A stretch of DNA of 63,181 bases, the filler included, from Chiloscyllium plagiosum (lineage: Eukaryota), in the NCBI RefSeq assembly GCF_004010195.1. It is 5 parts of one record of this genome, joined end to end, with 100 filler letters (N's around TTAATTAATTAA, not from the genome) between each part and the next. Parts side by side here need not be neighbours in the genome. Positions count along the whole stretch, not along the records: positions 39,777 to 55,153 come from NC_057714.1; positions 55,254 to 61,444 come from NC_057714.1; positions 61,545 to 63,181 come from NC_057714.1; 2 more parts are not named here. One strand, 5' to 3'. Made by a program: the position numbers and the translations under genes. The notes under the pieces are model-generated. The model was not told where the DNA came from. It saw nothing but the letters and a program-made list of their open reading frames with translations, and searched no databases. Each line of letters opens with the position of its first letter. The stretch's first letter is position 1. This document shows positions 50,925 through 63,181 of the stretch, in pieces.

Positions 50925-52379
50925 ACATATTGTAGGGAAATGGCAGGAAAGTGGACATAAAGAATGTTGGATCTGCCATGGTCCTATTGAATGATGGAGC
51001 AGGGTCAAGAAGCCAAATAGCCTACTCCTGTGCCTATTTTGTATGGTTGTGGATGCTTATTTGGAGTTTATTCAAGGCATAGATTGCTAGACTTTAGTAA
51101 ATAAGAGCATTTGGGAGAAATGGCAATAAGTTGGAAAGATAGAAGTCAAGTACAAGATCAGCTATTACTTTATTGAATGGCAGAACAAGTTTCAAGAGCT
51201 GAATGGCCATTCTTGCCCCTCTTTTTCCAGTTCTTCTGTTCTTATATTCTTAACCACTCCCTTGAAATGGGGATTGCTGTTGTTCCTTTTGTCCGAGGAG
51301 GCACTTGATTACATGTGGTATAGTCTGGATAGGTCTACAGTTCTGAAGAAGAGTCACTGGATCCAAAACATTAACTCTGTTTTCTAACCATAGATGCTAC
51401 CAGACCTGGTGAGCTTTTCCATCAATTTCAGTTTTTGTTTTTGTTTATGTTTTCCAGCATCCACAATTCTTTTGTTTTTTTATGTAGGTATACATTTCTT
51501 GAATTTCAGTAGCTCCATTTCATAACCAGTAATTGCCATGTGAACATTTTGATTCTATCCCGCCATGACATCATTGCTTTGATGGAATTTTTGCATTAAA
51601 ATCCATTTTGGAAGGCTAACTCCTGAAATTTCACAGATATTGCCTTTTTAACCAAAGGTGGCCCTTTGCACCCCGATGGAAATGCACCTGCCTAGCTTTG
51701 CATTTAACCTAAGCTCTCCTATATAAATTATTGCACTAATTAGTTCACTGACTACTTTCTGCACTTGGTAAAACAAAAGCAAGTTGAAATAAATACGTTG
51801 ACTGCCAAGTTTGTTTAATTTGTTTAATTTTCTTAGATTTCTAAGCAAAATCAGTTTGCATGGGCCAGCAAAATAGTGACTTGCTGAAATTTTAATGGTA
51901 TTGTCCCTTTAAGAGAGACACTTGACTTTGGACAACTAGGGTTGGGCATGCATGAATCTATAATTAAATGGTATCCAAACTGGATGTTTTTGTCACATGG
52001 ATGGTTGTATAATTCAGATGAGGCATGTTCTTATAGTCCACTGGCTGATTTAAAATTCCTTTTTTTTCCTCCAAATTTACTGTGGTATGTACTGGTTCAT
52101 TGGTTAGTTTTTGTGATCAATGGATAGGAGTATAAAATCATGTCATGCAATTACAATTCACTTCAAGTTACAGGTAGTTATTATTTCTGCCGGAGTTTGC
52201 TTTGCTTGATTCAATTAAATTTACTATTTGTTATCCTGAACCAAAGACAAATAATTTATGAAATTGGAGAAATTTTTGACAATTTATTATTGATAATGTT
52301 TTATGATGATAAGAATATTTAATAATAGTTAATACTGATTGAATATTTTATTTGTGTGTGATTGCATTTTTCCCCCTAG

Positions 52380-52563
52380 GAATTGAGTGATCTTCATGCA
52401 GATGCATTGCATGTACTAGCAAACTGTCTGGAAGAGGCACAGAATGTTACAATTATCCGTGAATCAGGAGCTCTGGAAAAGTTTTTGTTATTTGTAGCTA
52501 CCTCCTCGTTTCCTGAAGCACAGAGGCATGCAACTAATGCAATAACAAGATCAGCTCGTAACA
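52380..52563 (+). CDS. ARMC3: ARMC3 coding exon (184 nt; corresponds to human exon 8)
   Basis: ttccccctag acceptor, gtatgt donor, phase 0/1. ELSDLHADALHVLANCLEEAQNVTIIRESGALEKFLLFVATSSFPEAQRHATNAITRSARN vs human ELNDLHIEALAVIANCLEDMD...KAITKAAY. Confidence 0.95.
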
Positions 52564-53064
52564 GTATGTTAGAACTTGATTTTACCAAATACATTTAAAG
52601 TGGATTATTACCAGTATGAAATTTTTATAAGTTGTAATTTACTGCTAAAACTTAATGATTAAAACAATATTCCAGGATCTATGTAAATATAATAGAATTA
52701 ATAGTACTTTGTTTGTCTGCCACTTATATGCATATTATGGTACAGCATATTTTCATATGGAAATTAAATGCAGCTGTCATTTTTAAACAATGCTAAGTAG
52801 TAGAGTCGCGTATGGTGTTCGCCCAAAAAGTAACAGTTCTTCTAGATGCATTTATTCTGGGAGAGAGAATAATCAACTACCAAATGCAGAACTGAAAGTG
52901 AAATGTCACATGAAAGGACACCAGAAAGTCAGAAAATGGAGTTACCCTATTGACAGCCTCAAGTCAGCTCCCTTATTCAGTTTACTCATGGCAACTTACC
53001 TTCAACTCGTTTTATGAATCTCCGCTCCATACTCTTTCATACGCTTACCAAAAACATTCTCTTA

Positions 53065-54112
53065 ACAATTTGGATGAAGGCTGAGGGAATTGTTGTTTAG
53101 TTTGCAGTTGACATAAAGATAGGTGGAGGAGTAGGTAATGTTGAGATGGCAGGGAGACAGCAGAAGGACTTGGATAGGCCAGGAGTATGGGAAAAGAAGT
53201 GGCAGGTAGAATACAATGTAGTAAAGTGTAAGCTTATGCACTTGGGTAGGAAGAGTAGAAGTATAGATTATTTTCTAAACTATTTTTCAGAAAGCACAAA
53301 GACACTTAAGAGTCCTATTTCAGGAATTTGTTAGGGTTAACAAACAGGTTCACTTGGCAGTTAGGAGGGTAAATGCAATGTTAGCATTTGTTTCAAGAGG
53401 GCTAGAATACAAGGGCAGAGATGCATTGCTGAGATTGTGTAAGGCTCTGGTCAGACCGCATTTGGAATATTGTGAGCAGTTTTAGGCCCCATATGTGCTG
53501 GTGTTGAAAAGGAGATTTATAAGAATGACCCCTGCGGTGAAGAGATTGTCATATGAGGAACGGTTGAGGTCTCTGCATCTGTACTCAGTGAAGTTTAGAA
53601 GAATGAGGGGTGATCTCATTGAAACTTACAGAATACTCAGAGGCCTGAATAGAACGGATGTGGAGAAGATGTTGTCACCAGTCAGAGAGAATAGGACCTG
53701 AGGGCACATTTTCAGAGTGAAGGTATGAACCTTTAACTGAAATGAAGAATTTCATCAGCCAGATGGTTGTTAATCTGTGGAACTCAGTGCCATAGAAAGC
53801 TGTGGAGGCCAAGTCATTGAATAAAGACAGAGATAGATAGGTTCTTGATTTGTAAGGGAATCAAAGGTAGAACATAGAACATAGAACATAGAACATAGAA
53901 CATAGAACATAGAACAATCCTGCCTTACAGCATCGTAATTTCCCTTCCCCCAATTATAAAATCTACCTTGTTGTGCGCACCTATCTCTCTCCAAAGGTGT
54001 TTGGAAGATGGGGGAGAATAGGGTTGAGAAACATGTCAGTCATGATCAAATGGTGAAGCATATTTGATGGGCCAAATGACCTAATTCTGCTCTTATATCT
54101 TAGGTCTCATGA
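53065..54112 (+). mobile_element. CR1 LINE 3' part carrying a small nested insert
   Basis: WQVEYNVVKC, LVRPHLEYCEQF, RMRGDLIETYRIL. Confidence 0.85.
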
Positions 54113-54709
54113 TCTATTTCTATCTGGAAATTTCAAACTACCCCAGTACCAAATTCTTTTGAGTAATCCCAGATTTCTACCTTTTTACATGAAAAGATAT
54201 TTCTTCATTTTGCTTCTGAATGGCTCGCTCTACATTTAAATTTATGTCTGTTTCTTCTTGATTCTTCCACCAGAAATTGTTCTCTGTATGTACCCTGTCA
54301 ATTCCATTTAACATTTTAACTCAATTGGATCATTTCTCAGTCTTCTACATTCAAGGGAATATGAACAACTTGTCCTTCCCATTAACCATTTAAGTCTGGT
54401 ATTGTTTTGCGTTACCTGTCTCTTCCCCACTGTAATATTATATAGAAATACTGTGCTTATTGGCAGGTAACAAAAGAGTCTTGGTAATTGTATGCTGCTG
54501 ATATTTACTCAATTAAAGGAGAATATTACTGCAGAAGAAAGTATTTTCAAAATTGTATGCAAATTTTTTAACAACCTTTTAAAGTTGTTTTCAAACCTGT
54601 TTATTGAATCATCAATCCTTCATGCTGACACCTCTCAAACTATGTCAACTTAATTCAACTACAGGTTCAGAGTTTAACTAAGACCTTCTCATGTTCTTCC
54701 CCATATCGG

Positions 54710-55153
54710 TTCCCCATGGGAGACTGATTAGCAAGGTTAGATCTCACGGAATACAGGGAGAACTAACCATTTGGATACAGAACTGGCTCAAAGGTAGAAG
54801 ACAATGGTGGTGGTGAAGGGTTGTTTTTCAGACTGGAGGCCTGTGACCAGTGGAGTGCCACAAGTATCGGTGCTGGGTCGTCTACTTTTTGTCATTTACA
54901 TAAATGATTTGGATGCGAGCATAAGAGATACATTTAGTAAGTTTGCAGATGACACCAAAATTGGAAGTATAATGGACAGTGAAGAGGGTTACCTCAGATT
55001 ACAGCAGGATCTTGACCAGATGGGCCAATGGGCTGAGAAGTGGCAGATGGAGTTTAATTCAGATAAATGCGAGGTGCTGTATTTTGGGAAAGCAAATCTT
55101 AGCAGGACTTATACAGTTAATGGTAAGGTCCTAGGGAGTGTTGCTGAACAAAG
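54710..55153 (+). mobile_element. CR1 RT core running into a linker gap
   Basis: VTSGVPQVSVLGRLLFVIYINDLD..SKFADDTKIG. Confidence 0.92.
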
Positions 55154-55253
55154 NNNNNNNNNNNNNNNNNNNNNNNNNNNNNNNNNNNNNNNNNNNNTTA
55201 ATTAATTAANNNNNNNNNNNNNNNNNNNNNNNNNNNNNNNNNNNNNNNNNNNN

Positions 55254-55725
55254 CACCCGAATGATCCGAAGTTCATCCAGCTCCACCTCCAGTTCCCTAA
55301 CACGGTTTTCTAGGAGCTGGAGTCAGGTGCACTTCCAGCAGATGTAGTCAGCAGGGACACGGGTGGTGACCCTTACCTCCCACGTAATACAGGAGGAACA
55401 TTAAACTGCCCTAACCTCCATTCCCACTATTCTAAATTCCCAAAGAGACTGTTGAAAAATAAGGAATAAAAAATAAACTTGTTACCTTACCAATCTGGCG
55501 CATAGAACCTTTTTTTTGGTTAGAGGAGGAGGATGGGTGGGAGACACTACCCGAGTTGTATTTCGGGTAACGCAACCACACAAATATATGACTTCCCAGA
55601 AGTCCTTCGCTTCTCCCTCGCACCTCTCGGCAAATGGAAGCCCCAAAGCCTGAAATAAGGTTTTTAAACAGTTAGGCTCACCTTCCCAGAAGTCCTTCGC
55701 TCCTCCCTCGCACCTCTCGGCAAAA
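55254..55725 (-). mobile_element. CR1 5' end: 5' UTR with a 43-bp direct repeat and the ORF1 start
   Basis: Minus strand MEVRAV*CSSCITWE..DYICWKCT*LQLLENRVRELEVELDELR (zinc finger and coiled coil). cttcccagaagtccttcgc(t/c)..cacctctcggcaaa occurs at 55592-55634 and 55682-55724. Confidence 0.75.
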
Positions 55726-57120
55726 TCCAATAGTGGGCAATAAATGCTGGCTAAAGATTGCAGCCATATCCAGTGAAGGAAGGTTTAAAAAGTGTGTGCC
55801 TTCTAGATGGTGGAGTCAGGAGGCAAATTGCTCACTACAAGATTTCTGCTTATGCAACCAGAACATTTGTATGGCCAGTCCAGTTCTGTTTCTGGTTAAT
55901 GGTTGCCACCAGGATGTTGACGGTGAGGCTTTCAGTGATGGTAATGTCATTGAATGTCAAGGATCAATGGTTAGGTTGTCTCTTATTGGAGACAGTTGTT
56001 CCCCGACCCCAGATGTTGTCCAAGTCTTGCTGAATTTGGACACAGACTGCTCCAGAATCTGAGGAATCATGAATGATGCGGAATATTGTGCAATCGTCAA
56101 TGAACATACCTGTTTCTGATATTAGAATAGAAAGAGGGTCAATGAGGGCTTGGGGCTTGGACATTAGCCTGAGGAACTGGAGGGTTCTTGTGACCCACTA
56201 GTAGAGTCCCTACACCTAGCCCAGGAGAGCCAGGTTCAAGTTCCATTGGCTCCAAAGATGTGAAATAACATCTCTGAACAGGTTGCTTATTAAATATAGT
56301 CTAATGAACTTCTATAAAGATGTACTGGAACTGATATGACTAGCCTCCAATAGGCACAGCTATCTTCCTTAATACAAAGTATGACTTGAACCAGTGGAGA
56401 GATTTCCCCCTGATTTCCATGGACTCTAATTTGTCTCAGTCCCCTTGTTGCCACACACAGTCAAATGTAGGGCAAGAACATGTCAAGGACCATCACTGTC
56501 ATCTTACCTTTAGAATTCAGCTTATAGCTGAATGAGTAAAGCAAAAAATAAACACAATTAGGCAGTGATTGGATATCCTTAATAAAAATCAAATGAATTG
56601 CAGGTGCTGTAAATCAGAAACAAAAATAGAGATTGCAGGAAAAGCACAGCACATCTGGCAGTATCTGTGGATATAAATCACAGTTAATGTCTTGGGTCAA
56701 TTGACCCTTCTTCAGAACTGAGTTAACTGTGATTTCTGTCCACAGATGCTGCCAGATCTGCTGAGCTCTTCCAGCAATCTCTATTTTTGAAAGGATATCC
56801 TTTCTTTGCAAAGAATAAAAACTAATCACTTATACAATATTAGTGAGTACCTTTTGCGAGGCAAATAAAATAAAAACATTTAATAAACCTTTTAAATGTA
56901 AAACTCGTCTTCCAAGAATAATATTTTGTTTGAATAGAAGATGCTGTGTCTGCTTCCATATTCTTACATGAATTCTGTTCTGCAGCTTAGTGTTTGGACT
57001 AATTCTTTGAATTACATAATTAAAAAATGATTTTTAAAATAATACAGAACTGTTTAATTGTTACATTGCAATACTGAACAAATAACATGAGCATAACCAG
57101 ACATTCAGAGAGCACGCCTT

Positions 57121-57180
57121 ACTGACTCAGCTGAGTAAACAACCGGCTCAATTTGTGAGTCACAAATTCGATGAGTCATA
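57121..57180. promoter_or_regulatory. Cluster of AP-1 (TRE) motifs, candidate enhancer
   Basis: TGACTCA 57123-57129, TGAGTCA 57156-57162 and TGAGTCA 57172-57178, plus TGAGTAA 57132-57138, in sequence I could not assign to a repeat. Confidence 0.4.
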
Positions 57181-58139
57181 TTTTTGGATGTCTTGAAACA
57201 AGAGCCACATTTTTGTTCTTAATTGTATTCAGCTCTTTCAAACTGGTTCCACATCAAATCAAAAATATATTCTAACTGTCCAATCCATTTGCACTGCTCA
57301 TTTGCATACAATCAGTATTGCTGGAATATAATGCTCTGTTTTGTTTGGCTACTGCATCTCATATCAGTTTGAAAATGTGTTTGTTTTTCGGGTCCCTCAA
57401 ACACAGCCGGTCAGACTTTTCTGTGCTTCTTGATCACCTAGATGACCAACTCATTTCCAAAGAAACAACCTGTTGTCACTTTTCTCATACCCATCAGCCC
57501 CTTGTAAAATTCTTTATTTCCCTCCAACACCATGCTCAATATTATTCCTGACACCAGTCTCCTATTTTGGTTTCAATGTGGCACTATACTTGTGTGTGTT
57601 TCTATTTAAATGTCAACCATGCATCAATTGATAGCACTGATGCCTTAAAGTCAGGAAGTTGCAGTTTCAAATCCTATTCCCAGGCCAAACATTTTCAAGA
57701 ACCAGCAGAATGATAAAGGCAGGATCGGAAATGGGTGGTACTAGTGATTCCATTCTAGTTCTTGATCTCCCTAGAGTCTTGTACCAGCTGATCAACTAGC
57801 ATCTACCGGGTAGGTGGATGTCCATTCATTGGCTGGAGATGTGAGCTGAAAAGACATCAGCTGACATTAAGGGTCTCTAGCAAAAGGGCCTACTTCCTGC
57901 CCCACTTCCACATCTGCTTCAGTCAAGTCTTTCCAGATCTTCAACCAATAGCCTTGGTCAGTCATTGGGAAAAGGGGGGAACAAAAAGTCACCATAGAAA
58001 GCATAATAAAGACTGAGGAATGAAACAGTTCTCAACATGGCAGGAGAAAAATCTCTGATGGCGTCACAGTTGAATGATAACTCCCTGCATGATTTCTTTT
58101 GGACAATTGGGCAAGGCAGACAAACCTTTAGCTGAGCAA

Positions 58140-58245
58140 TATAAAGAGGAGATCGCTCTGAATAACCAAACAAGCTGGACAGAGGTCACAGCAGAGGTCA
58201 GAAGCCAAGGGGTTCTTTGAAGATCCTGGGTGTAGTGCTGCCATC
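58140..58245 (+). mobile_element. Possible PIF/Harbinger Myb/SANT-protein remnant
   Basis: KRRSL*ITKQ/WTEVTAEVRSQGVL*RSWV*C resembles the AWxEVAxxV..RTWxQC Myb/SANT motif. It has stops and a frameshift, and no TIRs were identified. Confidence 0.4.
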
Positions 58246-60423
58246 ATGTTAGTGTCCTTTTCCATTACCCCAAGGTGGTATCACATCTTGTGTCCTTTGG
58301 GAGTTAACACATATACTTGTGATGGTATGACTGTTAGGGAAGGCGAGTCACTGTGTCATTGACAATGGGGTGAGACTGTAGCATTTCCTGTGAATAAAAT
58401 AAAAGCGTGTTACAGGACGTGGAGATCCTTGTTAAGCCACTCCAGAGTGGACAAGTGTCACATGCATTCCAGAACCCCAAATTCAATAACTTGGGAGCCA
58501 GTCACTTAAACATTATGCCTGTTCTTGTCAGGCATCTAATAGTACATTCTATCTTCAGGAGACATAGAGCCCATAATATCAAAGTAAAGAACCAGATGAG
58601 TGGCAGGGTTCCACTTCTAGCTATTTTGACACCCAAAGAAAGGAAAGCTCTTGAGAGGACAAGGCAGCAAGGCAGATGCTTCATCACACACTGTGAGGCA
58701 GACGTCTGGATATGAGTGTGTACAGTCTCAGAAACAGACTCAAGGGAGCCTTAGGTATTACTAAGGGATGATGTTCCTGTTTACTCAATTGTTTATGCAT
58801 TGATCAATTATGGTGTTTCCTGCTTGGAAGGAACAAACACTATGATCTCATGGAAGCTTACCAAAAGAACAGAAAGCTTCTGTTGCTGTGGGGCAGTCTT
58901 TCACTTCTGATGGGTAAGAAGGGATCTGAGGGTGCAGCATTACATAGTTTTCTTGCACCACATTCATTGATACATATTCCTCACAAGGCTTGCAGTCCAG
59001 TAACCTGTGCTCCAGCAAACTGCAGGGTTTCTGAGATGCCATCTATAAAGAGTGGCAGTGGCTAGTGGAAAATGAGCATGTTGTCTTTTCCCTTGGCAAA
59101 ACCAATGCTCTCACATTGTCACTTCACCAATGTCTTTATTCTTGTCCATTAATCAGATACCTCAGACTACAACTATCTGCTCAGGGCCAACTGCAGCTTC
59201 CCCCTTTGAAAGTCTGTGACTGTTCATGTTGCAGCTATTGGGATAGAACAGCATTGGAGCATTAGACACACTGAGCAATGGCACACTGCAGGCAGACACT
59301 AAAGAAATATGCATAGATGCTTGGTTGAAGTTTTGCATGGAATATTGGATGGCTTGTATCAAAAACTGCTTCAGAATGCTTGTTTTCTGGTGGCTTGTAT
59401 TTCAGAATTGTGACCACAAAGACATTATGATGGCCTACAACAATGACAGAATAAAGTGTACATTTGGATTCTGGATTGTGTTCAATAGTTCTGTGGTAGA
59501 ATGAGATTTTTGTGGATATCCTTGCCAGTAAGAGGATATGCTGGTTGCCTCCCCACTTCCTCCAGATCCTCTTTCCCCTTTTGCCACTCCTTTTTTTCTT
59601 CTTTCACTTCCTGCTCTTTAACACCTCACTGTATCCCTGGTGAAAAGGGCTGTGTCCTCATGGTGGCTAGATTGTGGAAGATGCAACAGACTATCATGAA
59701 TTGGGATACATACTGCAGCGAGTACCTGCAGGCTAGGATGGAATCATGCTTCAGTGGACTGCTCTATGATGCTATGTGTTGTGGTACAGCTCTCAATACT
59801 CTCATGCTGCCCACATGTGCCTGGGTTTGCAGAGCAAAGTGATGAACATCGGGTGGATGGTCTTTGTTGTCTAGCAGCCATCGTCAGATTTGACTAGTTG
59901 ACTTAACTAATCAAGGGACAGTGAATTGGTGCAGAATTAAAGCAGCCAGGACAGCCAGGACAGTGTGCACTCACCTTCATAATGGGTCTACAATGGTTAT
60001 AAGCCAACTGTGCTTTTGATGAGTGATGAGGCCACAGTCCCCTTCACAGCCACTTGTTTACAAATTGCACATATTGCATTAATCTTTTGTGAAAAGCAGA
60101 ATGTTTAGTGAACTGGTTGTCTTGCCATAGTCAAGTGAACACTACCTCTGCTTTAAGTGCCTTTGTGTGCAATCTGTAGCAACACACACTAATTAAAACA
60201 TATGAGGCATTTCTTTCTGCCAGTGGTCTTGGAGAAGCGTTTATCTTTTCTCCTCCTTAAGTTGGATAATGTGTATGTTTTTGCTTCACAATTGAAATGC
60301 TCACCAAACTTTGCAAACTCTTAAAATGAGGCTTCTAGTCTCAATACAAGACATTGATTGCACTACCAGTGGCTGTGAAGGGGACTGTGGCCCTGACTTA
60401 CTTCACAGTGGGATTCTTCCAGT

Positions 60424-60547
60424 AGAAAGTGAGGACTGCAGATGCTGGAGATCAAAGTTGAGAGGGTGGTGCTGGAAAAGCACAGCAGGTCAGGCAGCAT
60501 CTGAGGTGCAGGAGAATCGATGTTTCAGGGATAAGCCCTTCATCGGG
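60424..60547 (-). mobile_element. Penelope pseudo-LTR fragment with a degenerate hammerhead
   Basis: Same family as 23736-23875. The core reads CCGATGA..GAAACATC, i.e. mutated. Confidence 0.75.
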
Positions 60548-61444
60548 GATGGGCAGGACTGGCAGCTTAATGTTCCAGGATATAAATGCTACAGGAAGGA
60601 TAGAAAAGGAGGCAAGAGAGGAGGGGGAGTGGCATTTTTGATAAGGGATAGCATTACAGTTGTGCTGAGGGAGGATATTCCTTGAAATACTTCCAGGGAC
60701 GTTATTTGGGTGGAACTGAGAAATAAGAAAGGGGTGATCACCTTATTGGGATTGTATTATAGACCCCCCAATAGTCAGAGGGAAATTGTGAAACAAACTT
60801 GTAAGGAGATCTCAGCTATCTGTAAGAATAATAGGGTAGTTATGGTAGGGGATTTTAACTTTGCAAACATTGACTGGGACTGCCATCGTGTAAAAGGTTT
60901 AGATGGAGAGGAATTGCTTGAGTGTGTATAAGACAATTTTCTGATTCAATATGTGGATGTACCTACTAGAGAAGGTGCAAAACTTGACCTGCCCTTGGGA
61001 AATAAGGCAGGGCAGGTGACTGAGGTGTCAGTGGGGGAGCACTTTGGGGCCAGCAACCATAATTCTATTTGTTTTAAAATAGCGATGGAAAAGGATAGAC
61101 CAGATCTAAAAGTTGAAGTTCTAAATTGGAGAAAGGCCAACTTTGAAGGTATTAGGCAAGAACTTTCGAAAGCTGATTGGAGGCAGATGTTCACAGGTAA
61201 AGAGATGGCTGGAAAATGGGACATCTTCAGAAATGAGATAACAAGAATCCAGAGAAAGTATATTCCTGTCAGGGTGAAAGGTAAGGCTGGTAGGTATAGG
61301 GAATGCGAGATGACTAAAGAATTTGAGAGTGTGGTTAAGAAAAAGAAGGAAACATATGTCAGGTATAGACAGGATAGATTGAGTGAATCCTTAGAAGAGT
61401 ATAAAGGAAGTAAGAGTATACTTAAGAGGGAAATCAGGTGGGCA
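60548..61444 (+). mobile_element. CR1 ORF2 AP-endonuclease region
   Basis: PGYKCYRKDR..GGGVA, GLYYRPPNS, VGDFNF, PTREGAKLDL. Confidence 0.92.
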
Positions 61445-61544
61445 NNNNNNNNNNNNNNNNNNNNNNNNNNNNNNNNNNNNNNNNNNNNTTAATTAATTAA
61501 NNNNNNNNNNNNNNNNNNNNNNNNNNNNNNNNNNNNNNNNNNNN

Positions 61545-62492
61545 GCTGCACTGTCAGAGGGTCAGTGCTGAGGGAGTACCACACTGTCAGAGGGTCAGTG
61601 TTGAGGTAGTGCAGTACTGTCAGAGAGATAGTACTGAGGGAGTGCCGCACTGCTGCACTGTCAGAGGGTCAGTGCTGAGGGAGTACCACACTGTCAGAGG
61701 GTCAGTGTTGAGGTAGTGCAGTACTGTCAGAGAGATAGTACTGAGGGAGTGCCGCACTGTCAGAGGGACAGTACTGAGGGAGTGCCGCACTGTCAGAGGG
61801 ACAGGACTGAGTGAGGGTCAGTACTGTGGGAGTGCCACACTGTCGGAGGGTCAGTACTGAGGGAGTGCTGCACTGTCAGAGGGTCAGTGCTAAGGGAGTG
61901 CTGCACTGTCAGAGAGATAGTACTGAGGGAGTGCCGCACTGTCAGTGGGACAGTACTGAGGGAGTGCCGCACTGTCAGAGGGACAGGACTGGGTGAGGGT
62001 CAGTACTGTGGGAGTGCCACACTGTCGGAGGGTCAGTACTGAGGGAGTACCACACTGTCAGAGGGACAGGACTGAGTGAGTACCGCACTGTCAGAGGGTC
62101 AGTATTGAGGGAGTGCAGCACTGTCAGAGGGTCAGTGTTGAGGTAATGCAGTACTGTCAGAGAGATAGTACTGAGGGAGTGCCGCACTGTCAGAGGGACA
62201 GTACTGAGGGAGTGCCGCACTGTCAGAAGGACAGGACTGAGTGAGTACCGCACTGTCAGAGGGTCAGTATTGAGGGAGTGCAGCACTGTCATAGGGTCAG
62301 TGCTGAGGGAGTACCACACTGTCAGAGGGTCAGTGCTGAGGGAGTGCTGCACTGTCAGAGGGTCAGTGCTGTGGGAGTGCTGTACTGTCAGAGGGTCAGT
62401 GCTGAGGGAGTGCTGCACTGTCAGAGGGTCAGTGCTGAGGGAGTGCCGCACTGTAGGAAGATCAGTACTGAGGGAGTGCAGCACTGTCAGAG
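61545..62492 (+). repeat. 33-bp minisatellite array, begins at a gap
   Basis: Consensus CACTGTCAGAGGGTCAGTACTGAGGGAGTGCCG. The 11-aa periodicity of the overlapping ORFs confirms the 33-nt unit. Confidence 0.95.
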
Positions 62493-63181
62493 GTCTCGTA
62501 GCTGTCCCTCTTGGCCCTGTCCTCTCGGGGGAATTTCAGTGTGCCACTGCCCTGATTTGTTGACAGTTTGGAAGTGACTTTGTGAGACGGTGTTAAATGG
62601 GCAGTGTTGCTGACATTCACTTTGAGACTTACATAAGAGCTGGGAGCAGGACCCTCTCTGATCTACTCAGCAATTCAACTCGATCCTGTCTTCACTTTAC
62701 TGTCTAATTCCTGGATCCCCTCGGGCCCAGATCTCTATGCCAGCCATTAATGTACTCTGAACAGAGCATTTACATAACCACTGGGCTGGAGAGTTCGGGA
62801 GTGGTGGTGATGGTATTAATTCCTCCCCTGTATTCTATTGTATTAATGGGATGTTTAAAGTATGTTCCACTGTGAAGACTGATTGAAGATATCTGTTTAA
62901 TTTCTCTGCTGTTTCCTTGTTCCCAAACCCCCATCTGCCCAGATTCATTTTCTAAGGGGTCTATCTTCACTTTGACTCCTCCCTTCCAGAGGAACCTCAG
63001 TTATCTGAACGAGATGGTTGGGCAGTTTAGATGATCGATTCAATGCCTTGTCTCGGGGGCTCAGAGTTTTTAAAGTCTGCTCCCCGTTCAGCAGCACACA
63101 GCGCCCCCGCCCCTAACATCTCCCCCCAGCCCCAACACCGCCCCCACTCCTGTCCAATACCACCCCCCCCAATGCCGTACA

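Noticed and set aside
61545..62577. CRISPR-like array, or repetitive proteins (ORFs 61975-62484, 62270-62563, 62278-62577)
   Set aside because: Head-to-tail 33-bp units with no unique spacers, no cas genes, vertebrate DNA. The ORFs are a by-product of a unit length divisible by three.

Overview
Repeat-rich vertebrate genomic DNA, almost certainly from a shark or other elasmobranch (HE1-type tRNA SINEs, CR1/HER1 LINEs). It is a draft scaffold: four joins are 44N-TTAATTAATTAA-44N linkers and there are two plain N gaps. Host genes: five in-phase + strand coding exons of ARMC3 (14087-52563, 750 nt, open), and the first coding exon of a GPR139/GPR142-like GPCR on the - strand (11246-11420). Most of the rest is transposon-derived: CR1, L1, Penelope-like elements with minimal hammerhead ribozymes, Rex/Babar, RTE, a Gypsy pol remnant, a solo LTR, SINEs and a 33-bp minisatellite. 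The most notable object is an apparently full-length but decayed R2-family retrotransposon (3 zinc fingers, Myb, RT, CCHC, RLE; about 36785-46940, - strand). It sits in an ARMC3 intron inside a CR1 copy, with no 28S rDNA at either flank. It is interrupted by a full-length L1 with TSDs, which in turn carries a Penelope insertion with TSDs. All family calls come from reading and translating by eye, and repeat boundaries are approximate unless TSDs are given.
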